This document shows, piece after piece, positions 52,351 to 64,000 of a stretch of DNA of 64,000 bases. How positions within the stretch are numbered: the first letter of the stretch is position 1; every line of letters starts with the position of its first letter. The DNA lies in assembly GCF_009914755.1 (NCBI RefSeq), contig NC_060928.1. One strand, 5' to 3'. Both the position numbers and the translations under genes were made by a program. The DNA comes from the human T2T-CHM13v2.0 reference genome, Homo sapiens. The notes beneath the pieces are model-generated. The model worked only from the letters and a program-made list of their open reading frames with translations, was not told the DNA's origin and searched no databases.

Positions 52351-53914
52351 CTGCAAGTAAAGATGAACTTTGCAAGCTGCATATTATGACAGTGACAGCA
52401 GTGAGACAAGCACAGGTAAATATGAGGATGCTTGGCTGAAAGTCAACTGAAACCATGAAATGGTTATGCTCAGTAGGGCTGGCTTCGTTTTTCTATCTGG
52501 GCAGTGGCTATGATTTAGCCTGCTGTTGGAAGGTTCAGTTTCAAATTCAACTGAGTGCCACAGATGGCCAACTGTTTGGGTGGCAGGCAGGAAGCTTGGA
52601 TCCTGGTGAATGGGACTTGGCTGTGACCAGGTCCACTGGCCATGAGCATGTCAGTTGAGGATAACTCCCCCTTTTCAGGACAGAAGAGTCCACTGACAAA
52701 AAGTCCTCATGCACAAATCCTGCCAGGGCTCTCTGTTCAGGCAGGAAATGGAATTCAGTTCAGAGTTACACAGTGCTGGACTGAAGAGGGAGGGCTCTAG
52801 GGAAACCACAGGCTGATCAACACAGGAGATGGAGGGGATATTTTCTTTCTAAGTGATTCAGTGAAGCTTGTCCTGACTTTTACTGCATTCCCTACTCCCC
52901 AGAGTATCTTTCCTCTGTGGTATAATAAGGTGCTGCAGTCATTTAGATGTCTTCCTCCTCCAATTGCTTGTGATTCTAAAGTAGCAGACTGTACTTTATT
53001 CACCTTAACATTTCTGGAGCCTGAGGTGGTGTCTGTCTAATCGTAGGGATTCGAAAGTACCAATTACATGAGTGGACAATTAAGGGATACATTTCTCTGT
53101 TAGTCCAAGAAGTGACATGTAAAACAAAACATCACTGTGTATTATGAAGATAAACTTTGTATTTTTTAGTAAACGTTCTGCCTGGGTTCTTAGAAAGGAG
53201 AGAAGTAGGTGTGAGAAAAAGTGTAGACTATTATACATGCAGCATGCATCCTACACGTGCGTGCACACACATACACACACACACAATTGTATTCATCATG
53301 TTTATTCCTATGCTGTTTTGGAATCTGGAAGCGAGAATGTCACATCAGGTGATTGTGCTTTTGAGTATTCTCCAATTCAAGAAGCCTGCCATGCTTACAG
53401 TTTGCATAATACCTTGTTCATTAAGACCCATAAATTAGCACTGTTTTAATTGATTCCCTAGAGTCAGTAAATAAAGTGACACAAAATGACATCAAAGGGG
53501 GAGAAATGACACTAAGTAAGTGTTTGTCTTCTTCCCCTTAATGCCTGCTTTCTCCCTCTCTGTATTGTGTGAGGTCTGACAACCCTTGCCCTCATGCACT
53601 CCTTGGCCTGGCCTTCCTTCATTCAAGAAAGGACCAATACCCTGAACAGTTTCTAGGGCTCAGAGGGAGCCTCACCTCCTGTGTTTTGTCTCATGGGTTG
53701 CCAGGGCAGGCTGGGCATGCAAAAGAAGTAGGTATAATCAGATCTCAAACTAGGGGTGGCAATTTTGCTAATTATGGAAACACCTCTAGTTGTGACGTCA
53801 AAGTCTCTATCCCTTATTAAAGCAATTTTAGCCATTACGTGCAGGTGTTATTAGAGTTACTCTAGCTCACTGGTCTCTGGCCATAAACCAGGATGCTTTG
53901 GGAATGGCAAGAAA

Positions 53915-54140
53915 GCTCATGTTTACTGAGGGCTGACTGGGCACAATCCTGCTTTAGGGGCTTACACATGCAATCTTGCTCTATAATCCTGATATATTGA
54001 TATTGATTTCTCTATTTCTCCAGATGAAAGCACAGAGATTCGGAGAAGTTAGTTATCTTACTCTGGATCACAGAGCTTGCAAGTAAATGGAGTTATCTTT
54101 AAACCCCGTATTTGTAGCTGCAATGTGTGTGTTCTTTCTA
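53915..54140 (-). mobile_element. MIR
   Basis: catgtttactgagggctgact...cagatgaaagcacagagattcggagaagttagttatctt. Confidence 0.6.
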
Positions 54141-56132
54141 AAAAATTATGTTGTCATAATAACTTTTGTGATTTGACCACAGGAGAACCAAAAGGGCTAG
54201 AGCTGCTCCTTAAATCGTTCCCCCTGTCTGCCTACTGATGCATGACTTTCACAAAAAAATTGATGATGTGCATGAATAATTCAGCATTTATGTAAATCTG
54301 TGTGTTACCTCTCAGCAATATTGCATTCAAAGGGAACCCTAATTGTGGAATAAAAATATTTGCCCCATATTTTAATGTTTTGTTTGCTGTTCTATCCCCA
54401 ATGCCTAGAACTGTGCCTGTCACATGGTAGAGGCTCAGTACATCTTGATTGAATAAAGTAAAGCATTGTAAGTCATTATGGATATTACGGAAAAAAATTT
54501 TGGTAATAGAGGAATGTAGAATTTAGGTGTCTTGTTTCCTGGAACCCTTGAAATCACATGCCTTAGGCAGTGGCTCACTCTACTCATAGATAAAACTGGA
54601 TTTGTGTCTTTAAGCAATGCTGACAGAAACTTCAACAGGAAGCCCAAGACATAGACAGGAATATGCAAAAACTGAAGTAATTAAAGATAAAAGAAAGAGT
54701 AACAGGAGGGAAACGTGTAAGAGAGAAAATGGGAAAAGGATGCAGGACTGTGAAGAGCAAGAGTATGCCACAGTGTTTCCAGAGTCTGTCCATACTTTGC
54801 AAAGTTAATTATACTCTGCAAAATATCAGTCTTCTTTTGGGGCAGTAGAGGACCCTGAAGGGCTAATGGGATGAGGTAAGGAGGCTGTAGGGCTTCCAGG
54901 ATACTATAGTTTTCAGGGAGTTGCTGGGTATGACCGGCAGAGGCCAAGAAGGCTCAGCCTCACGGGTGCCTTCCTCACCAGTTTCCTGGGGCAGCAATGG
55001 AGAGGGCTGTACCACTGCTGGAATGGATAAGAGATCTGTGAGAGAAGGGGATACTACTGATGATTTTGGAAGGTAATAGAGATTGATGGGAATTTGCAGT
55101 TAAATTATTGTAGCTCTTAAAGATATCAAGGTGACTTGGACAGAGTGTAGGCAAAAAGATTTCATTGTTTAGATCCAGTGAACTGTGAGTTCAATGAGGG
55201 CTGATTCTGATGGTAAATTTTTTTTTCTAAGTTTTAAAAAAATGTAGTTTTTTTTTTTTACATTGACAGATAAAATTGTATGTATTTACTATGTACAACA
55301 TGATGTTTTGAAGTATACATACATTGTAGAAAGACTAACTCTAGGTAATTAACATATGCATTATCTCACACAGTAATTTTTGTCGAAAGAATACTTTACA
55401 GCCACTCTTAGCATTTTTCAAGAATACAATATATTGTTAACTACAGTCACCATGTTGTACAGTAGATCTCTTGAACATATTCTTCCTGTTTAACTGAAAG
55501 TTGGATCCTTTGACAAAACATATTTTCAATTCCTCCTTCAACTCATAACCACCACAGCTTGTAACCACCCGTCTACTCTCTCTTTATATGAGATCAACTT
55601 TTTTAGCTCCCACACGCGAATGAGAACATGTGGTACTTGTCTTCCTGTGTCTAGCTTATTTCACTTTACATAATGTCCTCCAGATTCATCCATGTTGTTG
55701 CAAATAACAAGATTTTCTTCTTTTTAAAGGCTGAATAGATTTCCATTGGGTATATATACACCACATTTTCTTTATCAGTTCATTTATTGATGAACATTTA
55801 GACTGATTCCGTATCTTAGCTTTTGTGAATAATCACAATCAATTGGCTATAAATGCATGAATTTATTTCTGGGCTCTTGGTTCCATTGATCAATGCATCT
55901 GTTTTTATGCCAGTACTATGCTTTATGGTTAATACAGTTTATGGTGTATTTTGAAGTCAGATTGTGTGATGCCTCCAGCTTTGTTCTTTTTCTCAAGATT
56001 GCTTTGGCTATTTTGGATCTTTTGTTATCCCACAGGAATTTTAGGATTGTTTTTTCTACTTATGTGATGAACATCATTGGTATTTCTATAAGGATTGCAT
56101 TGAATCTGCAGATCACTTTGGGTAGTACGAGC

Positions 56133-56451
56133 TTTTTTTTAATTTAAAAACTTCTTTATTAATTTTTGTATATGCATAGTAGGTGTATATATTTATAGGA
56201 TATATGAGATAGTTTGATACAGGCATACAATGTATAATAAGCACATCAGGGTAAATGGGTTACCCATCACCTCAAGCATTTATCTTTTCTTTGTGTTTCA
56301 AACAATCCGATTATACTCTTTTAATTACTTTAAAATGTGCAGTAAATTATTGTTGACTGTAGTTGCCCTGTTGTGCTATCAAATACTAGATCTTATTTAG
56401 TCTAACTACATTTTTGTATTCATTAATCATCCTCACTCTCTGCCCCACTGC
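56133..56451 (-). mobile_element. Short 5'-truncated L1MA1-3-like 3' end nested in the older L1
   Basis: atagtaggtgtatatatttatagg...catcacctcaagcatttatc; TSD ttgggtagtacgagc (56118-56132) / ttgggtagaatgaac (56452-56466). Confidence 0.8.
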
Positions 56452-57077
56452 TTGGGTAGAATGAACATTAACAATATTAATATTATTTTTTTCAATCCAT
56501 GAACACAGGACACCTTTCCATTTATTTGTGTCTTCCTCAATTTTTTCATTAATGTTTTGTAATTTTCAGTGTACAGATCTTTCACCTTCTTGGATAAGTT
56601 TATTTCTAATATTTTTAACTATTATAAATGAGATCTTCTCTTGATTTCTTTTTCAGATAGCTTGCTATTAATGTACAGAAATGCCACTGATTTTTGTATG
56701 TTAATTTTGTATCCTGAAACTTTACTGAATTTATTTATTAGTTCTAAAGTCTTTAAGGTTTTCTTTACATAAGAATATGCCATCTACAAACAGAGACAAT
56801 TTAATTTCTGTGTTTTCAATTTGGATGGCTTTTATTTTTTTCCCTCGCCTAATTGCATTGGCTAGGACCTCTAGTACTATACTTTGGATACTAGTGACAA
56901 GAATGGGCATCTTTGTCTTGTACCAGATCTTAGAGAAAAAGCTTCCAACTCTTCTCCATTGAGTATGATATTAGCTGTGGGTTTGTCATATGTGACCTTT
57001 ATTCTGTTGAGGTACATTACTTCTATACCTAATTTGCTGAGAGATTTTTAATCATGAAAGAAAGTTGAATTTTGTCA

Positions 57078-57372
57078 TTTTTTTTTTTTTTTTAAGATGG
57101 AGTCTTGCTCTGTTGCCAGGTTGGAGTGCAGTGGCATGATCTCAGCTCACTGCAACCTCTACCTGTCGGGTTCAAGTGATTCTGCCTCAGTCTCTTGGGT
57201 AGCTGGGATTACAAGTGCCCACCACCATGCCCAGCTAATTTTCTGTATTTTTAGTAGAGATGCAGTTTCACCGTGTTGGCCAGGTTGGCCTTGAATTCCT
57301 GACCTCAGGTGATCCACCCGCCTCGGCCTCCCAAAGTGCTGGGATTACAGGTGTGAGCCACTGTGCCTGGCC
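57078..57372 (-). mobile_element. Alu (AluSx-like) nested in L1, TSD gaattttgtca
   Basis: TSD at 57067-57077 and 57374-57384. Confidence 0.96.
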
Positions 57373-57412
57373 AGAATTTTGTCAAATGCTTTTTCTGCAG
57401 GTATTGAGATAT

Positions 57413-57679
57413 TCATTTGGTATTATCCTTCATTCTGTTAATATAATGTATCACATCTATTGATTTACATGTGTTGAACCATCCTTGCATCCCTGGGATA
57501 AATCTCAATTGATGATGGTAAATGATATTTTTAATATTATGTGAAATTTGGTTTACTAGAACTTTATTGAGGATTATTGCAGCTATGTTCATCAGGGATA
57601 TTGGTCTGTAGTCTTTTTTTGTAGTGTCTTTGACTTTAGTATCAGCGTTGTGCTGTTCTTGTAAAATAAATATGGACAT
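57413..57679 (-). pseudogene. L1 ORF2 reverse-transcriptase remnant
   Basis: [25 protein letters not shown]...[21 protein letters not shown] matches the start of the L1 RT domain. Confidence 0.9.
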
Positions 57680-58386
57680 ACTTTTTCCTCTTCAGTTTTT
57701 TGGAAGAGTTTGAGAATAATTAGTATCAGTTCTTCATTAAATTTGGTAGAATTCATCGGTGAAGCCACCAGGTCCTGGGCTTTTCTTTGATGGGAGAGTT
57801 TTGATTACTGATTTAATAGCTTTACTTGTTATTGGTGTGTTAAGGTTTTTTACTTTTTCATAATTCAGTCTTGGTAGTTTGTATGCATCAAAATATATCT
57901 ATTTCTTGTAAGTTATCTCATTTGTTGATATATAATGTTTCATAATAGTCTCATATGATCCTTTGTATTTCTATTGTGTCAATTGTAATGTCTACTTTTT
58001 ATTTATGATTTTATTTATTTGAGTTTTCTCTCTTTATTTCTCAGCCTAGCTAAAAGGTTTGTTGATTGTGTTTCTTTTCGAAAAAACAATTTTTAGTTTT
58101 GTTGATTTTAAAAATTGTTTTTCTAGTTTCAATTTTATTTATTGCCACTCTAATCTTTATTATTTTTCTTCCTCCTTAAGTTTGGGTTTAGTTTGTTTTT
58201 GTTTTCCTAGCTCCTTGAAGTACAATATTAAGTTGTTTATTTGAGATTTTTCTTCTTTATGATGTAGGCATTTACGGCTATAAACTTTCAGCTTAGTACT
58301 ATTGTTGTTGTATCTCATAGGTTTTGGTACATTGTGTTTCCATTTTTGTCTGTCTCAATAAGTTTTTTCTTTCTCTTTTAATTTTT

Positions 58387-58653
58387 TTATTGACCTATTG
58401 GTTGTTTAGAGGGCGTGCTGTTTAATTTCCATGTATTTGAGAATTTTCTGAAGTTCCTCCTGTTATTTAATTTTAGTTTTATATTATTGTGTTCTGAAAA
58501 AATACTTGATATAATTTCAATCTTCTTAAATTTGTTAAGGTTTTTTTGGCTTAATGTATAATCTATCCTGGAGAATGTTCTGTATGCACTTGAGAAGAAT
58601 ATGGATTCTGCTGCTGTTGGATGGAATATTCTGTGTATGTATGTTAGGTCCAT
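58387..58653 (-). pseudogene. L1 ORF2 endonuclease remnant
   Basis: MDLTYIHRIFHPTAAESIFFSSAYRTFSRIDY...EIISSIFSEHNNIKL matches the L1 APE-like endonuclease. Confidence 0.9.
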
Positions 58654-61323
58654 TTGATCTAGAATGCAGTTTATTCCAAGTTTTCTTATGGATTTTCTGT
58701 CTGAATGATCTGTACATTGCTGAAAGTTGGGAGTTGAAGTTTTTTACTATTGTTGTATTGCAGTCTATCTTTTTCCTTTAGATCTATAAATATTTGCATT
58801 GTGTGTTTAGAAGCCCTGATGTCAGGTGCATATATATTTATAATTGTTATATCCTCTTGCCAAATTGACTCTTCTTATCATTATATAATGATCTTTTTAC
58901 ATTTTTGACTTAAAGTTTATTTTATCTCATGTAAGTGTAGCTACTTTTGCTCTCTTTTGGTTCTCATATACATGGAATATCTTTTTCCATCTCTTCACTG
59001 TCAGTTTATATGTGTTCTTACAGGCCAAGGTAAGTCTCTCGTCTCTTGTAAGCAGCATATAATTGTGCCTTTTTTTCAACTCATCAGCTATTCTATGTTT
59101 TTAGTTGGATGTTTTAATCTATTTATGTTCAAAGTAATTCTTAATAAGTAAGAACTTACCACTGCCATTTCATCAATTGTGTTCTAATTGTTTAGTAGAT
59201 CTTTGCTTCTTTCTTCCTCTTTGACTGTATTATTTTTTTGGCTAAGTGATTTTCTCTAGTGGTATGTTTTGTTTCCTTGATTTTAATGTTTTTGCCTATC
59301 TATTATGTTTTTGTTTTTGGTTATCATGAGGCTTACAAGAACCATCTTATAGATATAATAGGTTATTTTAAGCTGACACCAACATAACTTTGATCACACA
59401 AAAAAGCTCTATACTTTGACACCACTTCCCACCCACATTTTAAAAATTTACTTCCTTTTATATTGAATAACCCTTAAGAAATTCTTGTAGGTATTATTAT
59501 TATTTTTTATGGCTTTGTTTTTTAATTTTCAAACTAAAGATACCAGGAATTTACATACCACCATTACAGTTTTAGGTGTTTTTTGGCATTTGACTGAGTG
59601 TTTACTTTTACCAGTGAGTTTATACTTTCAGATCTTTTTGTATTACTCATTAGTATCCTTTTCTTTCAGCTTGAAGAACTCTCTTGAGCATTTCTTGCAA
59701 GACAGGTTAGATGATAATGAACTCCCTCAGCTTTTGTTTGTCTGGGAAAGTCTTTATCTCTCTTTTATTTCTAAAGAAGAGCCTTAAAAGTACAGTGTTC
59801 TTGGTTGCCAGTTTTTTTCAAATCCTTCATAATTTTGAATATATCTTCACACTTTATCCTGGCCTTTAAGGTTTCTGCTAAGAAGCTTGCTGCAAGCTGT
59901 ATTAGAAGTTCTTATAAGCTATTTGCTTCTTTTGTTTTGCTGCTTTCAGTATCCTCTCTTTATCTTTAATTTTTGAGAGTTTGATTACAATATGTCTTGG
60001 TGTATTGATTGAATCTAATTAAAGACCTTTGACCTACCTGTACCTGGATATTTACTTCTTTCTCCAGGTTTTAAAAGTTTTCTGCTACTATTTCTATAAA
60101 TAAGCTTTCTAACCCTTTATTTGTTTCTTCCCTTTCTTAAATTCCCATGACTTAGAAATTTGCTCTTTTGATACTGACTCATAAATCTCATAAGCTTCCT
60201 TCATTTCTTTTCATTCCTTTTTTCTCCTAAGATTGTATATTTTAAAATAAATGTCTTTCAGGTCACAGATTTTTCTTCTGTCTGATCAGTTCTGTGGTTG
60301 ATGTTCTCTGTTGCATTGTTTATTTCATTAATTGTATTTTCAGTTCTATATTTTCAGTTTGATTTTTTGAAAAATATTTAAATATCTCCATTAAAATGTA
60401 AGTCACTTATTGTTTTCCTCACATCATCGAATTGTTTCTCTGTATTTTCTTGAAATTCACTGAGCTTCCTTATAAAGTTATTTTGAATTCTTTGTTAAGC
60501 AGTCTATACATCTTTATTTCTTTATTGTCAGTCACTAGCACATATTTCATTCATTTGGTGATGTCATTCTACTCTGATTGTTCTTGATCCTTGTGGTTAT
60601 GCATTGATATCTGTGCATTTGAAGAAGTAGGTACTTATTTCAGTTTTCACAGACTGGCTTTGACTGGGAAAGCTCTGTGGCAGGTGTAGTGCTGACCAAC
60701 TAGAAGCCTGGGGCAGCTGTGGCCAGTGTGGTGTTGCCAGAAACCTGGACCAATTATGGCAGGTGCAGGACAGTGGTGTGCCGGAAGCCTGAGGCCACGA
60801 AGCCTGCCTGCTAGTGAGGGCTGTCAGAACCTGGGACTGTCGACATCATCCAGGCAGTGGTGTAAGCAGGATATTGTAAAGCAAGCCTGAAGCCTGAGGC
60901 TGTGTGGTCCTACCTGGCAGTAGGCTGGTAGAGGCTCAGTCCATAGGTACCAGCCTGAAATATGAGGCCATTATGGTCTTTCCTATGCTGGGTTATTTGT
61001 GGCAGGCCCAATGTTGGGGTTTAAGGCAAAGTCTTATGCTCACTTCATTTTCTTTCCCCTAAATGGATGATATCTCTCTTTCTGCTGTGTGCTGCCTGAG
61101 ACTGGGGGAGAAACGACATGGGTAATATAAAACTGTCTTTCCTACTCTCTTCGTTGTATCTTTTTTTTTATGGTGCTACAACCAGGTAGTAGGATCTTTC
61201 ACCTGGTTTCCTCTGTTCTTGTAAAGGTATTTTTTTTGCATGGATAGTTGTTGAAATGTAAGTTTTGGTTGGGGGATGACTCCTAGAGAGCCCTACTCTG
61301 TTATCTTGCTCCACCGCTCTCTC

Positions 61324-61765
61324 TGATAATGAATTTTATGTGTCAACTTGACTGAATCACAGGGTACCCACATTAAACACTATTTGTGCATGTTTATGTG
61401 AGGGTTTTTCTGCATGAGATCAGCATTTGATTCTGTGGAGTCAGTGATGTATATTGCTATCCCCAGTGTGGGTGAACATTGTCCAATTCATGGAGGAACT
61501 GAATAGAATAAAAGGTGGATAAAGGAGGAATTCTTCCCTTTATTTTTCTACCTCAGTGATTGAGTTGGGATGTCTCATCTCATCTTTTCCTGCCCTTGAA
61601 CTGAGGTTTATACCATTGGCTCCCCTGGTTTTCAGGCCTCAGACTAAGACTGAACTCTATTACTGCCTTTCCTGGCTTTCCAGCTTGCAAACAGCAAATC
61701 ATAGGACTACTCGGTTTTCATAATTGTTTAAGAAAATTTCTCCTAATAAATATATATATCTCCCA
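61324..61765 (+). mobile_element. MLT2 (ERVL) LTR, 3' end not clear
   Basis: tgataatgaattttatgtgtcaacttgactg...ccattggctcccctggttttcaggcct...ccagcttgcaaacagcaaatc. Confidence 0.85.
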
Positions 61766-61825
61766 CATTCCAATGACATCATCCCAGCAGTGGTGTTAGC
61801 TACAGTTCAGTCAACCAAAATTAAT

Positions 61826-62189
61826 CTTCAAGTGCATACTACAATATTGTTGAATAGAGGCAACATGCTACACAGCAGATCTCTAGAACTAAGTCATCTT
61901 GCATAACTGTAACTTTATAGGAATTGAACAATAAGTCCCCTTTTCTCCCTCATCTCAATCCCTGGTAACCATAGTTCTATTCTTGGCTTTTATGTGTTTG
62001 ATTACTTGGGTACCTCATATAAGTGGAATCAAACTATGTTTGCTCATATTTGACTGGTTTATTTCACTTACTGCAATATTATCCATGTTGTCACCAATGG
62101 CAGGATGGTCTTTCTTTTTAAAGATTGAATAATATGGCACTATATGTGTATATCACATTATTGTATCTATTATCTGTTGACTGACATTT
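61826..62189 (-). mobile_element. L1MB/L1MA-like 3' UTR segment, inverted
   Basis: gcagatctctagaact...tcttgcataactgtaacttta; tacctcatataagtggaatca. Confidence 0.8.
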
Positions 62190-62425
62190 ATTGAGAGAAT
62201 ACATCTCACGTTAAGTGTTCTTACTATATAAAAACACAAAATACAAACAAAAAACAACAAAAACATTCAAACCACAAAGGAACATAAAGAAAATTTGGAA
62301 GTGATGGATGTATCTATTAACTTGATTGGGGTGGTGGTTTCATGAATGTATTCATGTGTCCAAGCTCATCAAATTGTACAATTAAATATTTTTGTATGTT
62401 AAATATACCTCAAAGAAGCTGTTTT
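62190..62425 (+). mobile_element. L1MB-like extreme 3' end
   Basis: ttaagtgttcttact...ttggaagtgatggatgtatctattaacttgattg...ctcatcaaattgtaca...atacctcaaagaagctgt. Confidence 0.8.
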
Positions 62426-63039
62426 TTCCCCCAAAAAGTAATGTTTTCAATAGAAGGTGAGAAATTTAGTTCAGCTGTGTTCTGGAAAAAGACAAAGTAT
62501 TTTGGTTAATAGATAAAATCCCCACCACATCTTCTCCATCTATAACCAAGTGCTTTTGCAGAAACACTCTTCAAGTGGTAGTGCCAGAGCAAAATTCTCA
62601 TGATTAATAGTCTGACTCTTTTGCTTTCTCAGGACCCAAGACAATTTTTAAAACCTTGATAATTATAGATAATGGTGCCTCCTGCTTCAGATAACTCTCA
62701 GCATCTCAGATGATTTTTACTGAGTACAAGAAAAAGTCTCAGACTGTTCCTCATTCAAAGTGGTCCCAGAAGTCAAGAGATTGGTGGATATTTGGGGAGG
62801 GTACCCAGGCTTTGTCATTCTTTATTCTTTTATTAGTAGGCAGTAAGTATAGCAGGTAAAAATTTACCTGACTTGGATTGGCCATGCAGTAAATGTTATA
62901 TCTAGGTTAGCCAATATCCTTATTGTCTTTAATTGATTTGAAAAAATAATGCCTTTTTGTCCCTTCTGCTGATAACAAGGATAATATTAGGCTGAGTGTA
63001 AGCAGAATAGAAGCAACAGACTTTTATGAGAAAGGGAGG

Positions 63040-63394
63040 CGTATTAGTTCGTTTTCATGATGCTCATAAAGAAATACCTGAGACTGGGAAGAAAAGGAGG
63101 TTTAATTGAACTTATAGTTCCACATGGCTGAGGAGGCCTCAGAATCATGGCAGGAGGTGAAAGGTACTTCTTACATGGTGGTGGCAAGAGAAAATGAGGA
63201 AGATGCAACAGTGGAAACCCCTGATAAAACCATCAGAACTTGTGAGACTTATCCACTGCCACGAGAACAGTGCGGGAGGAATTACCCCCATGATTCAAAT
63301 TATCTCCCACTGGGTCCCTCCCACAACACGCGGTAATTATGGGAGTATAATTCATGATGAGATTTGGGTGGGGACACAGAGCCAAACCATATCA
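63040..63394 (-). mobile_element. THE1 (THE1C-like) solo LTR with 5-bp TSD GGAGG
   Basis: cgtattagttcgttttcatg...gggtggggacacagagccaaaccatatca; TSD ggagg at 63035-63039 and 63395-63399. Confidence 0.93.
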
Positions 63395-63792
63395 GGAGGA
63401 GCTTTGAGAAAGAAGAAAAAAATGTGTAAGCTAAGTGAAAAAGAAGAGGAAGAAAAGTCAGAAAATGGAAGAAAAAACAATGAACGATGTAAGAGGAAGA
63501 GAACAGAGAAGGGATAAAAATTAGGTACAATACAAGACATTTCAATAACCGGAATGTTCCTAATAATGCAGGATCCTATGTGCTGTATTTTTGTGCACTA
63601 ACTCTCCCTACCTTTATTGATATTCCTTTTTGCTTACCCCTGGCTTATATATCATTTGGGAAGTCTTGAAGGATTACTTTTATTTTTGTAATCTACCTGA
63701 TGACTGAAGTGAGGGTATTAATATATACATAAATAGTAAATGAGTTGCTCTAGGAATCTACTTAATTACTACCTGCCCATTGAAGAAACAGG

Positions 63793-64000
63793 CCTCAAAA
63801 TAATAAGAACCTTTTATGACAAACCCATAGCCAATATCATACTGAACAGGCAAAAGCTGAAAGCATTCCCCTTGAAAACTGGCACAAGACAAGGATGTCT
63901 TCTCTCACCACTCCTATTCAACATTGTATTGGAAGTTCTGACCAGGGCAATCAGGCAAGAGAAAGAAACAAAGAGTATTCACATAGGAACAATGGAATTC
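63793..64000 (+). mobile_element. Primate L1 (L1PA/PB) ORF2 RT fragment running off the window
   Basis: Translates [51 protein letters not shown]. Confidence 0.93.

Larger units (their letters stand above)
55221..61321 (-). mobile_element. Near full-length old L1 (L1MA-type 3' end), with internal deletion and nested insertions
   Basis: 3' UTR ttgacagataaaattgtatgtattt...; ORF2 remnants; ORF1-like text at about 59.7-60.6 kb; GC-richer 5' UTR at about 60.65-61.3 kb; candidate TSD tctgatggtaaattt (55206-55220) / tctgataatgaattt (61322-61336). Confidence 0.9.

Overview
Primate (human-like) genomic DNA, AT-rich and CpG-depleted, with no recognisable protein-coding gene, RNA gene or CpG island. 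A large share is interspersed repeat: nine Alus (mostly AluS type), many MIR and L2 relics, several MaLR/ERVL solo LTRs (MST, MLT1, MLT2, THE1, LTR16/33-like), one complete THE1D-type provirus with an intact 5-bp target-site duplication (28165-30354), a near full-length old L1M with nested insertions (about 55.2-61.3 kb), other L1 pieces and a few DNA-transposon MITEs. The only ORFs with recognisable homology are transposon remnants (L1 ORF2 endonuclease/RT, MaLR internal ORF). The other ORFs in the track look like chance or repeat-derived frames. I found no convincing new biological system. The points most worth checking are: an indel-free 194-bp local duplication with one-sided CpG loss; a strong CTCF site with its upstream motif beside a (TG)23 tract; two old L1s with twin-priming-type inversions; a THE1 provirus lacking a normal poly(A) signal in both LTRs; an octamer/FOX/SOX motif cluster; and a few candidate non-coding exons. 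Repeat subfamily names come from my recall of consensus sequences, not a database search. Boundaries of old repeats are approximate.
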